Source: an uncultured delta proteobacterium (GTDB taxonomy: Bacteria; Myxococcota; UBA727; VGSZ01). Taken from it: a DNA stretch of 64,000 nt. This document shows, one piece after another, positions 13,505 to 23,010 of this stretch. The first letter of the stretch is position 1. Each line of letters begins with the position of its first letter. Location: assembly GCA_963775425.1 (NCBI GenBank), contig CAVZJB010000006.1, positions 1 through 64,000 of the forward strand, given 5' to 3'. The notes below the pieces were generated by a model. It had not been told where the DNA came from. It did no database searches and saw nothing but the letters and a program-made list of their open reading frames with translations. A program made the position numbers and the translations under genes.

Positions 13505-14191
13505 ATGCGCGGCCTCGTTCGTCTCCTCTGGCTCTGCCTCCTCGCGGCGGGCTCGTTCCTCATCACGCGCGGCAGCGTGAGCTACTTCCTCGAGGGCGAC
13601 CTGCACCCGTTCGTCCTCGAAAAGGAGCCCATCCCTCTCGAGTCCGTCTGGATCTCCGCGCTCCACGTCCACGTCGCCGCCGCCGCCTTCGCGCTGCCCG
13701 CGTGCATCGCGCTCGTCTCTCGTCGCTTGATGCGCACGCTGCCGCGGGTGCACCGCTGGCTCGGTCGCACCACGGGTCTCGTCGTCGTCTTCGCGCTGGT
13801 GCCCTCGGGCGCGTGGATGGCGTTGTTTGCCAAGGGCGGCGCCGCGAGCACGGCGGGCTTCCTGTTGTCGGGCGGCGTCGTCTTCGTCGCCATGGTGAAC
13901 GGCGTCCGCGCCGCCCGCGCCGGCGACTACGTCGCGCACCGCCGCGCGATGCTCCACGTCCTCGCGCAGCTCAGCGTGGCGGTGACGTCGCGCGCGCTGC
14001 TCGTCGCTTTCGACCGCGCGGGCGTCGACCCGGAGCTCGCGTACCTCGTCGCCCTCTGGGGACCCGTCCTCATGAGCGTCGCCGGCGCCGAGCTCGTCGC
14101 CCGCAGCCGCCGCGCCTCCCTGCCTGGTCCCGGAAGGAGAACCGATGAAGCCGTTCGCATGGATCCTGTTTTCGTCGACGCTGTTCGCTAG
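13505..14191 (+). CDS. DUF2306-like integral membrane protein
   Basis: Several TM helices; motifs HRWLGR and YVAHRRAM. Confidence 0.75.
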   Translation: MRGLVRLLWLCLLAAGSFLITRGSVSYFLEGDLHPFVLEKEPIPLESVWISALHVHVAAAAFALPACIALVSRRLMRTLPRVHRWLGRTTGLVVVFALVPSGAWMALFAKGGAASTAGFLLSGGVVFVAMVNGVRAARAGDYVAHRRAMLHVLAQLSVAVTSRALLVAFDRAGVDPELAYLVALWGPVLMSVAGAELVARSRRASLPGPGRRTDEAVRMDPVFVDAVR

Positions 14192-14588
14192 CGTCGCCGT
14201 CGTCGCCGATGAGCCGGCGCCCCAAAAGGAGCTCGCCGCCGTGGTGCAGCGCGCGTTCCTCACCCCCTATGCGCGGCGGGAGGCCGTGCGCAGCAGCTAC
14301 TCACGCATGGCGATGCCGGCCGCCGCCCGCCGGCTCCGTGTCCTCGACAAGGCGCCCGTCGAGGACGCGACGGGCAGGCTGTTCTACACGTTCGCGGTCG
14401 ACGAGCGCCGCTTCGGCGATTGGCAAAAGGCCGCCATGACCGGCTGCGTCTACCTCGACAAAGGTGAGGTCTTCGTGAAGCGCGGCAAGCTCCGGCCCGC
14501 GGCCGCGTACCTCGGCGGAGGCAAGAAGGTCGCCGACGCGCCCGAGACGGCGTGCGTGTCCAGGCACGAAAAGGTCGCCGCGCGCTGA
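14145..14588 (+). CDS. Hypothetical exported protein
   Basis: AGGAG RBS + ATG; signal peptide MKPFAWILFSSTLFASVAVVA. Confidence 0.65.
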   Translation: MKPFAWILFSSTLFASVAVVADEPAPQKELAAVVQRAFLTPYARREAVRSSYSRMAMPAAARRLRVLDKAPVEDATGRLFYTFAVDERRFGDWQKAAMTGCVYLDKGEVFVKRGKLRPAAAYLGGGKKVADAPETACVSRHEKVAAR

Positions 14589-14616
14589 CACCGACGGCGT
14601 CGTCGCGGGGCGCGCC

Positions 14617-15510
14617 TCAGTGCCACAGGAGTTGGAAGCCGCCCTCGAACGTGACGATGAACCGCACCGGGTAGCGCGCCGTCTCCGTGGGCGTGCCGTC
14701 AGGGGCGACGAAGATCCCGGCCGGCGGATGCGGGAACCTGGCGACGCGCTTGAAGGCGGCCACCGCTTCGTCGTCGAGCGCGGGGCACCCCGAGGGCGTC
14801 TTCAAATCGACGTCGACGACGTTGCCCTCCTTGTCGAGCACGGCGACCGCGAACGTGGTGCGGTCCTGCCGCCCGCAGCGCCGCGTGGGATCGTGCTCGG
14901 TGTTGTCGAGCACCTCGTTGGGGTGCCAGTTGCCGCGAAGCGCCTCGAGGCCGCGCCGGAAGAACGGCCCGAAGTCCTCGGCCATGCGTCGCTCGTTCTC
15001 CTCGTCGTGCATGCGCGGGTCGTTGAACGCCACGCGGTCGAGGCTCGAAAACGTCGGCGCGAGCTCACCCATGGGGACGCGCGCGGGCCGGGGCCGCGTG
15101 GCGGCGAGCTGCTCGAGCAGGCGGTCCTTCCACGTCGACGGCGCCGGCGGCGGCGCGGGCTCCGGCGACTGCTCCACCATCGGCAGCTCCGCGCGCTCCG
15201 GCGGCGGCTCCTCGGACGGCGGCAGCTCCGGCAGCACCGGCGACGTCGCCGGCGGCGCCTCATGGTGCGCGCGCCTCTTCTTCGGCCGCGGCGGCGGCGC
15301 GGGCGACGTCGGCGGCGCGCGCGAGGGCGCGGCCGCGCGCGGCGGCGGCGGCGGCGCGAACGTGAGCTGGATGCGCTCGGGCGCCTTCTTGGCTTCCGGC
15401 AACAGCGTCATGAAGAGCGCGATGACGGCGTGCACCAGGAGCGCCGCGACCAGCGCCACACCCGCGCGCGGGACGCGCAGCGTGAGGTGCCGGTCGTCGT
15501 GTTCTTCCAC
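14617..15510 (-). CDS. TonB/TolA C-terminal domain protein
   Basis: TM anchor ALLVHA, Pro-rich linker, C-terminal VLDKEGNV...PSG...LDDEAVAAF...FPHPP. Confidence 0.8.
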   Translation of the reverse strand: MEEHDDRHLTLRVPRAGVALVAALLVHAVIALFMTLLPEAKKAPERIQLTFAPPPPPRAAAPSRAPPTSPAPPPRPKKRRAHHEAPPATSPVLPELPPSEEPPPERAELPMVEQSPEPAPPPAPSTWKDRLLEQLAATRPRPARVPMGELAPTFSSLDRVAFNDPRMHDEENERRMAEDFGPFFRRGLEALRGNWHPNEVLDNTEHDPTRRCGRQDRTTFAVAVLDKEGNVVDVDLKTPSGCPALDDEAVAAFKRVARFPHPPAGIFVAPDGTPTETARYPVRFIVTFEGGFQLLWH

Positions 15511-15521
15511 ACCGCCGTCCT

Positions 15522-16742
15522 TCAGCGCCGCCCGCTGCGCCGCGGGCGCGCGTGTCCGCGGCCGCCGTGTCCGTGCCGCTCGGCCGGCGCCCCCGCCGGC
15601 GGCGACGCCGGCGCCGCGCCCTCGTAGGGATGACCGCGCACGACGTCGATCTTCATGCGGATGTCCTTCTCGATGTCGCGCAGCAGCCCGCGCTCGTCGG
15701 AGGAGCAGAAGCTCCACGCGATGCCCGACGCGCCCGCGCGCGCGGTGCGCCCGACGCGGTGGACGTACTGCTCGGGGACGTTCGGCAGATCGAGCTGGAT
15801 GACGTGCGTGATGTCGTCGATGTCGATGCCGCGGGCGGCGATGTCGGTGGCGACGAGGACGCGGGTGGAGCCGCTCTTGAACCCGTCGAGCGCGCGGGTC
15901 CGCGCGCTCTGGCTCTTGTTGCCGTGGATGGCGGCGGCGCCGACGCCGCGCGCGTCGAGGAACTCGGCGACGCGGTTGGCGCCGTGCTTGGTGCGCGTGA
16001 AGACCAGCGCGCGCTTCACGTCGCCGTCGCCGAGGAGGTGCAGGAGCAGGTGGCGCTTCTGGGAGTTCTCGACGTGGAAGATGGACTGCGCGATCTTCTC
16101 GACGGTGGTCGACGGAGGCGTGACCTCGACGCGCACGGGGCTTCGCAGGATGCGCGCCGCGAGATCGGCGATGTCGCGCGGCATGGTGGCGGAGAACAGG
16201 AGCGTCTGGCGCTTGGTGGGGAGCGCGGCCACGATGCGCTTCACGTCGTGGATGAAGCCCATGTCGAGCATGCAATCGGCCTCGTCGAGCACGAACACCT
16301 CGAGCTGGTCGAACGCGAGGCGCCGCTCACCCATGAGGTCGAGCAGCCGCCCCGGCGTGGCCACGACGATGTCGACGCCCTCGCGCAGCGCGCGCACCTG
16401 GGGCTCCTTGCCGACGCCGCCGAAGATCACCGTGTTCTTGAAGCGGAGGTTCGCGCCGTACGCGGAGAAGCCGTCGCCGATTTGCCCGGCGAGCTCGCGG
16501 GTGGGCGCGAGCACGAGCACGCGGACGGCGCGCGGCCGTGGCCCCGCCGCGCGCAGCCGCTCGAGGATGGGCAGCGCGAACGCGGCGGTCTTGCCGGTGC
16601 CGGTCTGGGCGAGGCCGATGAGGTCTTTGCCCGCGAGCACGTGCGGGATGGCCTCGCGCTGCACCGGGGTGGGCGTGACGTAGCCCTGTTTCTCGACGGC
16701 GCTCAGGAGGGCCGCGTCGAGCGAGAGTTCGGAGAAGCGCAT
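15522..16742 (-). CDS. DEAD-box RNA helicase (RhlE-like)
   Basis: PTPVQ, AQTGTGKT, PTRELA, TPGR, DEAD, SAT, ARGID, HRVGRTARAG. Confidence 0.95.
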   Translation of the reverse strand: MRFSELSLDAALLSAVEKQGYVTPTPVQREAIPHVLAGKDLIGLAQTGTGKTAAFALPILERLRAAGPRPRAVRVLVLAPTRELAGQIGDGFSAYGANLRFKNTVIFGGVGKEPQVRALREGVDIVVATPGRLLDLMGERRLAFDQLEVFVLDEADCMLDMGFIHDVKRIVAALPTKRQTLLFSATMPRDIADLAARILRSPVRVEVTPPSTTVEKIAQSIFHVENSQKRHLLLHLLGDGDVKRALVFTRTKHGANRVAEFLDARGVGAAAIHGNKSQSARTRALDGFKSGSTRVLVATDIAARGIDIDDITHVIQLDLPNVPEQYVHRVGRTARAGASGIAWSFCSSDERGLLRDIEKDIRMKIDVVRGHPYEGAAPASPPAGAPAERHGHGGRGHARPRRSGRR

Positions 16743-16894
16743 CCCTCGATGTAGCGACCCGGAGCACACCCGTCGAGGACGGACCGGACGCGCGGCCCGG
16801 CGTTCCATCGGTTTCGCCGCGGAACGCGCGCCGGCGGCACCGCCGCGTCCGGACGCCGTCTGCGCGCGGAACGCCCCGTGAAAGTCCCGCGCGC

Positions 16895-17761
16895 ATGCGC
16901 ACCACCACCGCCGCCCTCACCGCCGTCTTCCCCTTGCTCCTCGCCGGTCCCGCCCTCGCCGGCCCCGTCCGCGTCGCCGTCGCGGGCGTCAGCGGCGACG
17001 CCCGCGCCGAAGACCTCGGCGCGCTCGCGCAGGACCTGCGCGCCGGGCTCGCCCACAGGCTCGACCCTGCCGTGTTCTCCGTCGTGTCGCGCGACGAGAT
17101 GAAGCGCGTCTACGCCGCCCGCGGCGCCGGCTGCAGCCCCGACGACGCGCGCTGCCTCGTCGCCGCCTCCAAGGGCTGGGACGGCCGGCTCTTTCTCCGG
17201 GCGCACCTCGCGCAGACGCCGCAAGGGCTCATCTTCTCCGTGGCCCTCGACAGTGTGCGAGGCGTCCGCGTGGCGCGCGCGGCGGCGACCGTCGAGGCGA
17301 TCCTCGAGGCGCGCCGCGCGATCGCTCCCCTGCTCGAGGACGTCGCCGCACAGGAGCGGGCCTACCGCGCGTCGATGGGCTTCACCCCCGCCGCGCCGGC
17401 GCCGTCCGCGACGACGACGACGGCGACGTGGACGCAGCCGCCCGCCGCCGCGCCGGTCGCGGCGCCCGTCGCGGAGGCGCCGACCGTCTGCCACGGCAGC
17501 CCCAACGGCCTCCCCGCCTGGGGCGACCTGGTGCTCGACGACGAGGGCGTGAGCTTTCGCAGCAGCGGCGGCTTCGGCAAGGAGTGGCACCGGCGCTGGT
17601 CCGAGATCCGCGGCATCCACCCGTACCTCGCCTATCTGCGCCCGGCCCTCTACATCACGCCCGAGAGCGTCATGCAGAACTTCGGCATCCGCTTTCACAC
17701 GAGCGACGCGCGCGACCGCTGCCTGAACGAGCTCGAGCGGCGTTGGCGCGAGCACAGGTGA
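16895..17761 (+). CDS. Hypothetical exported protein
   Basis: Signal peptide, GCxxDDxxC motif, Ala/Pro/Thr linker; coding-like GC3. Confidence 0.65.
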   Translation: MRTTTAALTAVFPLLLAGPALAGPVRVAVAGVSGDARAEDLGALAQDLRAGLAHRLDPAVFSVVSRDEMKRVYAARGAGCSPDDARCLVAASKGWDGRLFLRAHLAQTPQGLIFSVALDSVRGVRVARAAATVEAILEARRAIAPLLEDVAAQERAYRASMGFTPAAPAPSATTTTATWTQPPAAAPVAAPVAEAPTVCHGSPNGLPAWGDLVLDDEGVSFRSSGGFGKEWHRRWSEIRGIHPYLAYLRPALYITPESVMQNFGIRFHTSDARDRCLNELERRWREHR

Positions 17762-18027
17762 CACCGGGGCTCGACCCCCGAGATGTCGCATAGGAACGCG
17801 GTCCAACGCGGCCTGTGGGCGCTTTTACACAGGGGCCGTGGGGAAGGGGGCACGGCCACATCGTCACCGCAGCGCGCAGGGCCCGCGGCGTGGGGGCCGC
17901 TGTCTCGCGGCGGCGGCGGCGACGCGTGAACCGTCGACGGCGCATCGGGGGCGGAACGGGCCGCTCCCGGAGGCGCGCGAGGGCTGGATCGGGCTTTGCA
18001 AAGTCCGCCGGGCAGGAGTGGGGAACA

Positions 18028-18960
18028 ATGCTCTTCGGTGACGTCCTCGATCGTTTTCAAGTGAAGGCGCCGCTGGCGCGGGGCGGGATGGGGGAGCTGT
18101 GGCTCGCGCGCGACGAGGCCGCACACGCGGGCGTCGTGCTGAAGACCATCCGCCCCGACCTCATCGACGACGAAGACGTGGTCACGTGGTTTCGCCGCGA
18201 GATCGACGTCACCGCGCGCCTCGACCACGCACACGTCAGCCGCCACGTGGCCCACGGGAGCTGGCAGGGCCGCGACGTCCTCGCGCTCGAGCACATCCCG
18301 GGCGTCAACCTCGCGGCGGTGTTGGCGCGGACGCGCTTGTCGCTCGCCTCGTCGTTGCAGATCGCCGAGGACATCAGCTCCGCCCTCGCCTACGTGCACG
18401 ACCTCAAGGACGAGGACGGCGCGCCGCTCGGTGTCGTCCACGCCGACGTCTCCCCGCAGAACATCCTCATCGACGTCACCGGCAACGCCCGGCTCATCGA
18501 CTTCGGCGCCGTCTTGCTGCGCGGTCGCGGCGACGAGCGCGACAGCATCGTCGGCAAACCGGGCTACCTCTCGCCGGAGCAGTCGCGCTGCACCGCGCTC
18601 GACGGCAGGAGCGACCAGTACTCCCTCGGCGTCGTGCTCTGGGAGATGTTGTCGGGCTGCGACCTCTTCGAGGGCGACGCCCGCCGCCGCGGCCGCGAGA
18701 TCCCGCCGCTGGCCTCCTTCACGGAGACGCCGGTCGCCGTCGACGACATCGTCCAGCGCATGCTCCGGTACGAGACCGACGCGCGCTTCGCCGACATGGA
18801 CGCGGTCACCGCCGCTGTCGGCGCGCAGCTCACCCCGGCGCTGCGCGCGCGGGCGCGCGGCCTCCTCGCCGGCCACGCGCGCCGCCGCCGCCGCCGCGCG
18901 CCGTGGATGTCGGGCACGCGCCGCGTCACCGCCGCGGGCTTCTCGACGCCGCGCGCCTAG
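18028..18960 (+). CDS. Ser/Thr protein kinase, catalytic domain only (HAD in place of HRD)
   Basis: AGGAG + ATG; GGMGELW, VVLK, HADVSPQNI, DFG, GKPGYLSPEQ, SDQYSLG. Confidence 0.88.
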   Translation: MLFGDVLDRFQVKAPLARGGMGELWLARDEAAHAGVVLKTIRPDLIDDEDVVTWFRREIDVTARLDHAHVSRHVAHGSWQGRDVLALEHIPGVNLAAVLARTRLSLASSLQIAEDISSALAYVHDLKDEDGAPLGVVHADVSPQNILIDVTGNARLIDFGAVLLRGRGDERDSIVGKPGYLSPEQSRCTALDGRSDQYSLGVVLWEMLSGCDLFEGDARRRGREIPPLASFTETPVAVDDIVQRMLRYETDARFADMDAVTAAVGAQLTPALRARARGLLAGHARRRRRRAPWMSGTRRVTAAGFSTPRA

Positions 18961-18966
18961 CAAGCT

Positions 18967-20815
18967 CTACCGGCACACGTCGTCGAGGCAGGCCAGGCCG
19001 GGCTTGCACGTCGACGCACCGCCGGCGTCGACGCAGGCCTCGCCGCGCTCGCCGGGGGCGCAGGCGCCGCCGCTGAAATTGCCCGACGGACAGCTCGCGC
19101 CGTCGACGGCGCCGTTGTTGTTTCCTGCGACGCAGCGCCGCTCCTCCACGAGGCATTGGCTCGACGAGCAATCGTCGTCCTGGCCGCAAATCTTCCCGAG
19201 CCCGGACACCGCGCACGCGCCGGCGGAGATGGCGCCGCTGGCGCACAGCGCCGGGGTCGACTGCGGCGCTCCCGGAGGGAACTCGCAGACGTCTTGCGTG
19301 CCGCTGTAGGCGTTGACGATGCACTGTTGGAAGATCGTGGGGTCGTTGGGGCTGGCGAGGCCGCCGGGGATGTTGGCGCCGGGGGTGAGCAACTGCCCGC
19401 ACCGCCGCGTCTGCGCACCGCAGCCGCCGTTGGCGCCCGTGCCGCACTGCCGCGGGTCCGCGCACAGGCCGCCGCGGTTGCGCCCCGCGCACGCGCCGGC
19501 CTGCACCACGCCGCTCGCGCACTGCGTCTCGGGCGCAACGCCGGCAGGCGCCACCGGCGTCCCGGTGACGAGGCCGCCGATGGCGGCGCAGGTGTACGTC
19601 GTGCCCGCGGGCTGGGCGGCGATGCCGACGCGGCCGCACGGGAAGCGCTGCTGCTCGGTGAGCGCGCGCTCCTCCTGCGCGCACACAAAGGCGTAGCCGA
19701 GCGGGGCGACGGAGCTGTTGGCGCCCGTCGACGTCACGGCCGGATCCTGGCAGACCGCGGTCTCGTCTGGACCGACGGCCGGGGCGGCGGAGCCCGGCGC
19801 GACGACCGTGAACCCCGCCGCGCTGGGCACGGATGCATGGGGCCGAACCGAGCACTGGGCGATGGGCGCCTTGCCGCCTGCGTCGCCCGCGCGCGGGAAG
19901 AGGATGATCGGCCCCGCGCAGCTCGCGGCGTTGTCCGTGGCGAGGCGATCGAGGAACGCGCGCGGCACGCGCAGGCCGCCCGAGGGATGGTTGCGATCGA
20001 CGAGCGGCGCGGTCGCCTTGGCGGGCGCGACGCCGACCAGGCACGCGTCCGTGGTGGAGTCGGCGACGGTGTCGCAGGGGCCGGCGCAGGCCGAGAGGTC
20101 CGACGGCGCGCCGACGTCGTGGAGGTGCCAGCGCAGGCGGAAGAGATCGGTGCCGGCATCGCCCTCGAACAGCGGCGCGCAGTGGGCGCCGCCGGCGCAG
20201 TCCCCGTCGCCCGAGCACTTGCCCATCGGGCCGCTGTCGCGGCGCAGGCACAGGCCGCCGGCGTCGAGCGCGGCGCTCGCGGGGAAGATGACGGTGATCT
20301 CCGACGTCGCGCAGCTCGACGCGGGGTAGGGCAGCGTGCCGGCGTCGCGGCACTCGCTGATGATCCCGGTGGCGGTGAGGTTCAACACCCTGACGGGGTT
20401 GGCGCCGCCGACGCACGGGCTCATGTCGAGGCAGCGCGCGTCGACGCAGAGGCCGCCGGCGCCGCACTCGGCGTCCCGCGAGCAGGAGGGCTCGCCTTCT
20501 CCTTCGCCTTCGCCTTCGCCTTCTCCTTCTCCTTCGCCTTCGCCTTCTCCTTCTCCTTCCCCTTCTCCTTCTCCTTCTCCTTCTCCTTCTCCTTCTCCTT
20601 CTCCTTCGCCTTCGCCTTCTCCTTCTCCCTCGCCTTCGCCTTCGCCTTCGCCCGTGACGAGAATCGCTCGGGAGGCAGCGGCCGTCGCTGCACGTGTAGT
20701 CCGTGGGGCAGGGGGACGCGTCGTCGCACGGCTGGCCGAACGGCGGCGCGCAGGAGGCGAGCGCCGCCGCGGACCCGACGAGCAGCAGCGACCAGAGCAA
20801 CGACAGCCGGCTCAT
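18967..20815 (-). pseudogene. Cys-rich lipoprotein with (GE)n linker; one extra base at about 20662
   Basis: ATG overlaps the upstream stop (ATGA); lipobox LASC. Removing one base at 20661-20665 joins ...CLPSD to LVTGEGEGE... and to ORF 18967-20424. Confidence 0.7.
20490..20652. repeat. Coding tandem repeat encoding a poly-(Gly-Glu) linker of about 27 units
   Basis: tcgcct/tctcct hexamer array. Confidence 0.95.
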
Positions 20816-21600
20816 TCGCCACCTCCTTCGCCGAGCGCCCAGAACAAGCCGCCGCCCACGGCGCCGAGGCCGGCGACGGCGAGCGCGGCGCCGCCGATCC
20901 CGAGCCCGGGCGCGAGACCGTTTTCGAACCACTGCTGCTGGATGCCGATGGCGCGGTCGAGGGCGTTGGTGTCGCCCTTGCGGAAGTTCTCCTCCTCCGA
21001 GGACACGGCGGCGCTCTGCGCGAGCGCGACGCTGAGCATGCCGCCGCCGGCGAGGACGGCGACGCCGCCGGCGCCGACCACGATCCAGGGCAGCAGGTCG
21101 GGCCCCGCTGCCGGCGGCGGCGCTTCGGCGACGGGCGCGGCGCCGATGGCCTCCGCGACCAGGCCGCGCAGCGCCGGGCGCGCCTCGACCGGGATCTCGT
21201 CGAGCGACTTCACCTGTACGGCGCGCCGGGCGACGCTCGAGCCCTTGCTCTGGTCGAACAGGCTCACGTTGAGGTTCAGGATCTGACCGAGGTGGCCCAC
21301 GTTGCCGATGACGACGTACTTGGCGCCGAGCGCGCCGGCGGCCTCGGCGACGCAGGAGGTGTCTTCGGTGCACCCGAGGGCCTGCTTTTGCCCCTCGATC
21401 TCGAGCATGGAGCGCAGGTCGGGGCCCGCGAGGACCTCGAGGCGCGGATCCTCCGAGAGGATGGCGGCGATGAGGCCGGTGAGGTTCTCGGCGGTCTCGG
21501 GGGCGACGCCGCCGGTGGGCTTGACGTCGAAGACCAGGACGCGGGTTCTCTCGGCGGGGGCGGCCGTGAGCACACCCAATGCAAGGAGCCATGGAGTCAT
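20812..21600 (-). CDS. Exported protein with a TolB-N/CsgG-like domain and C-terminal TM helices
   Basis: Signal peptide; QKQALGC..DTSCVAE..GALGA.YVV.G motif seen in myxobacterial proteins. Confidence 0.65.
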   Translation of the reverse strand: MTPWLLALGVLTAAPAERTRVLVFDVKPTGGVAPETAENLTGLIAAILSEDPRLEVLAGPDLRSMLEIEGQKQALGCTEDTSCVAEAAGALGAKYVVIGNVGHLGQILNLNVSLFDQSKGSSVARRAVQVKSLDEIPVEARPALRGLVAEAIGAAPVAEAPPPAAGPDLLPWIVVGAGGVAVLAGGGMLSVALAQSAAVSSEEENFRKGDTNALDRAIGIQQQWFENGLAPGLGIGGAALAVAGLGAVGGGLFWALGEGGGE

Positions 21601-21782
21601 CCCGGGAGACTACCGCAGCACCGCGCGTGGGGGGCCGGCGGCCACGGGAGCGCTTCGATGTCGCTCTCCCCGTGCGGCGCGGCGCGCGCGCGATCCCGAG
21701 CGCGCTCTCACGACGCGCACGACACCCTGCCGCTCCCGGTGCGCGGTCCGTACGGCGACAGGCGCGCGTGGTACCGTCGCCC

Positions 21783-22901
21783 ATGCGCACGTCGTCCGCG
21801 CTCGCCTCCCTCTTCGCGCCCGCCTCCGTCCTCGCGCTCGCCTCGGCCCTCGCGCTCCCGTGCGCCTGCCCCGCGCCGCCGGCGGAAGGCGAGGGAGAAG
21901 GCGAAGGCGAAGGAGAAGGAGAAGGAGAAGGTGAGGGAGAGGGAGAAGGCGACGTCGCGCTCCTCGGGACCTCTTTGTCCTGGCGGCTCGGGCCCACGGA
22001 CACGAGCGCCTTCGGCGCGTTCTTCGACGACTTCGCGCCCTACGGCCCCATCGTCGCCGTGCACAACGCCTGGCGCGACAGCGTCGAGAGCGCGGGCGCG
22101 GTGCCGGCGACGGTGAACGTGGGCGTGCAGCTCGCGGCGCAGAAAGGCTACACCGCGGTCATCGGCGTCGGCTTCACGAGCGGCCTCGGCGTGCCCGACC
22201 TCACGAGTGCCGGCGACCCCGACAATTCGCTCGCCAACCAGCAGACGCGCGCCGACATCCTGAGCATGGTCGACGCGCTGTTCGCGGACGCGCACCCGCC
22301 GCTGTTCTTCTTCGGCAACGAGATGAACTTCTATCGCCAGAACGTCGACGACGCCGAGTGGCAGCGCTGGCTCGACCTGCTCGCCGACGTGTACGCGCAC
22401 GTCAAGGCCGAGAGCCCGCAGACGCAGGTGTACACGACGTTTCAGTGGGAGGCGATGGCCGGCGTGGGACACAACGTGGGGTTCACGTTCCCCGAGCACA
22501 TCGCGTTGCTCGACGACATCGTCATCGGCACGCACGCGGACTTCATCGGGCTCACCACGTATCCGTTCTTCGAGTACGCCGACCCCGCCGACATCCCCGA
22601 CGACTACTACACCCGCATCCTCGCCGTGTACGACGGCCCCATCGCGTTCACGGAGATCGGCTGGCCGGCGACGCCGTTGGGGCCGCTGCCGGGAGGCGAG
22701 GCGCAGCAGGCCGCGTTCGTCGATCGCTTCTTCGCGCTCACCGCCGACCTCGACGTCAAGACCGCGGTGTGGTTGTTCCGCTACGACCAGGCCGGCGTCG
22801 ACCCGACGTTCGCCTCCGTCGGTCTCGAGAGCAACGACGGCGCCACCGTCCGCGCCGCCGACGCCGCCTGGCGCGCGCAGGTCGCCGCGCACGCGCCGTA
22901 G
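21783..22901 (+). CDS. Lipoprotein with (GE)n linker and a clan GH-A-like glycoside hydrolase TIM barrel
   Basis: Signal peptide with Cys, (GE)12, then FGNEMN (acid/base), GLTTYP and AFTEIGW (nucleophile). Confidence 0.75.
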   Translation: MRTSSALASLFAPASVLALASALALPCACPAPPAEGEGEGEGEGEGEGEGEGEGEGDVALLGTSLSWRLGPTDTSAFGAFFDDFAPYGPIVAVHNAWRDSVESAGAVPATVNVGVQLAAQKGYTAVIGVGFTSGLGVPDLTSAGDPDNSLANQQTRADILSMVDALFADAHPPLFFFGNEMNFYRQNVDDAEWQRWLDLLADVYAHVKAESPQTQVYTTFQWEAMAGVGHNVGFTFPEHIALLDDIVIGTHADFIGLTTYPFFEYADPADIPDDYYTRILAVYDGPIAFTEIGWPATPLGPLPGGEAQQAAFVDRFFALTADLDVKTAVWLFRYDQAGVDPTFASVGLESNDGATVRAADAAWRAQVAAHAP

Positions 22902-23010
22902 GCGCTCAGGAGACGTCGTCCGGTCGACGGTCGGCGCACACGAGCGCGCCGCGAGCGCCCTCGGCCGGCGAGGGCGCTCACGGCGCGGACAGTCGACGAC
23001 TTCGTGCGCG

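Noticed and set aside
18926-22116. ORFs of about 1000 aa rich in Arg/Ala/Pro (18926-22003, 19156-22116) and poly-R, poly-SP or FSFA tracts
   Set aside because: They are alternative frames of GC-rich genes and of the (GE)n repeats, with no independent domain evidence.
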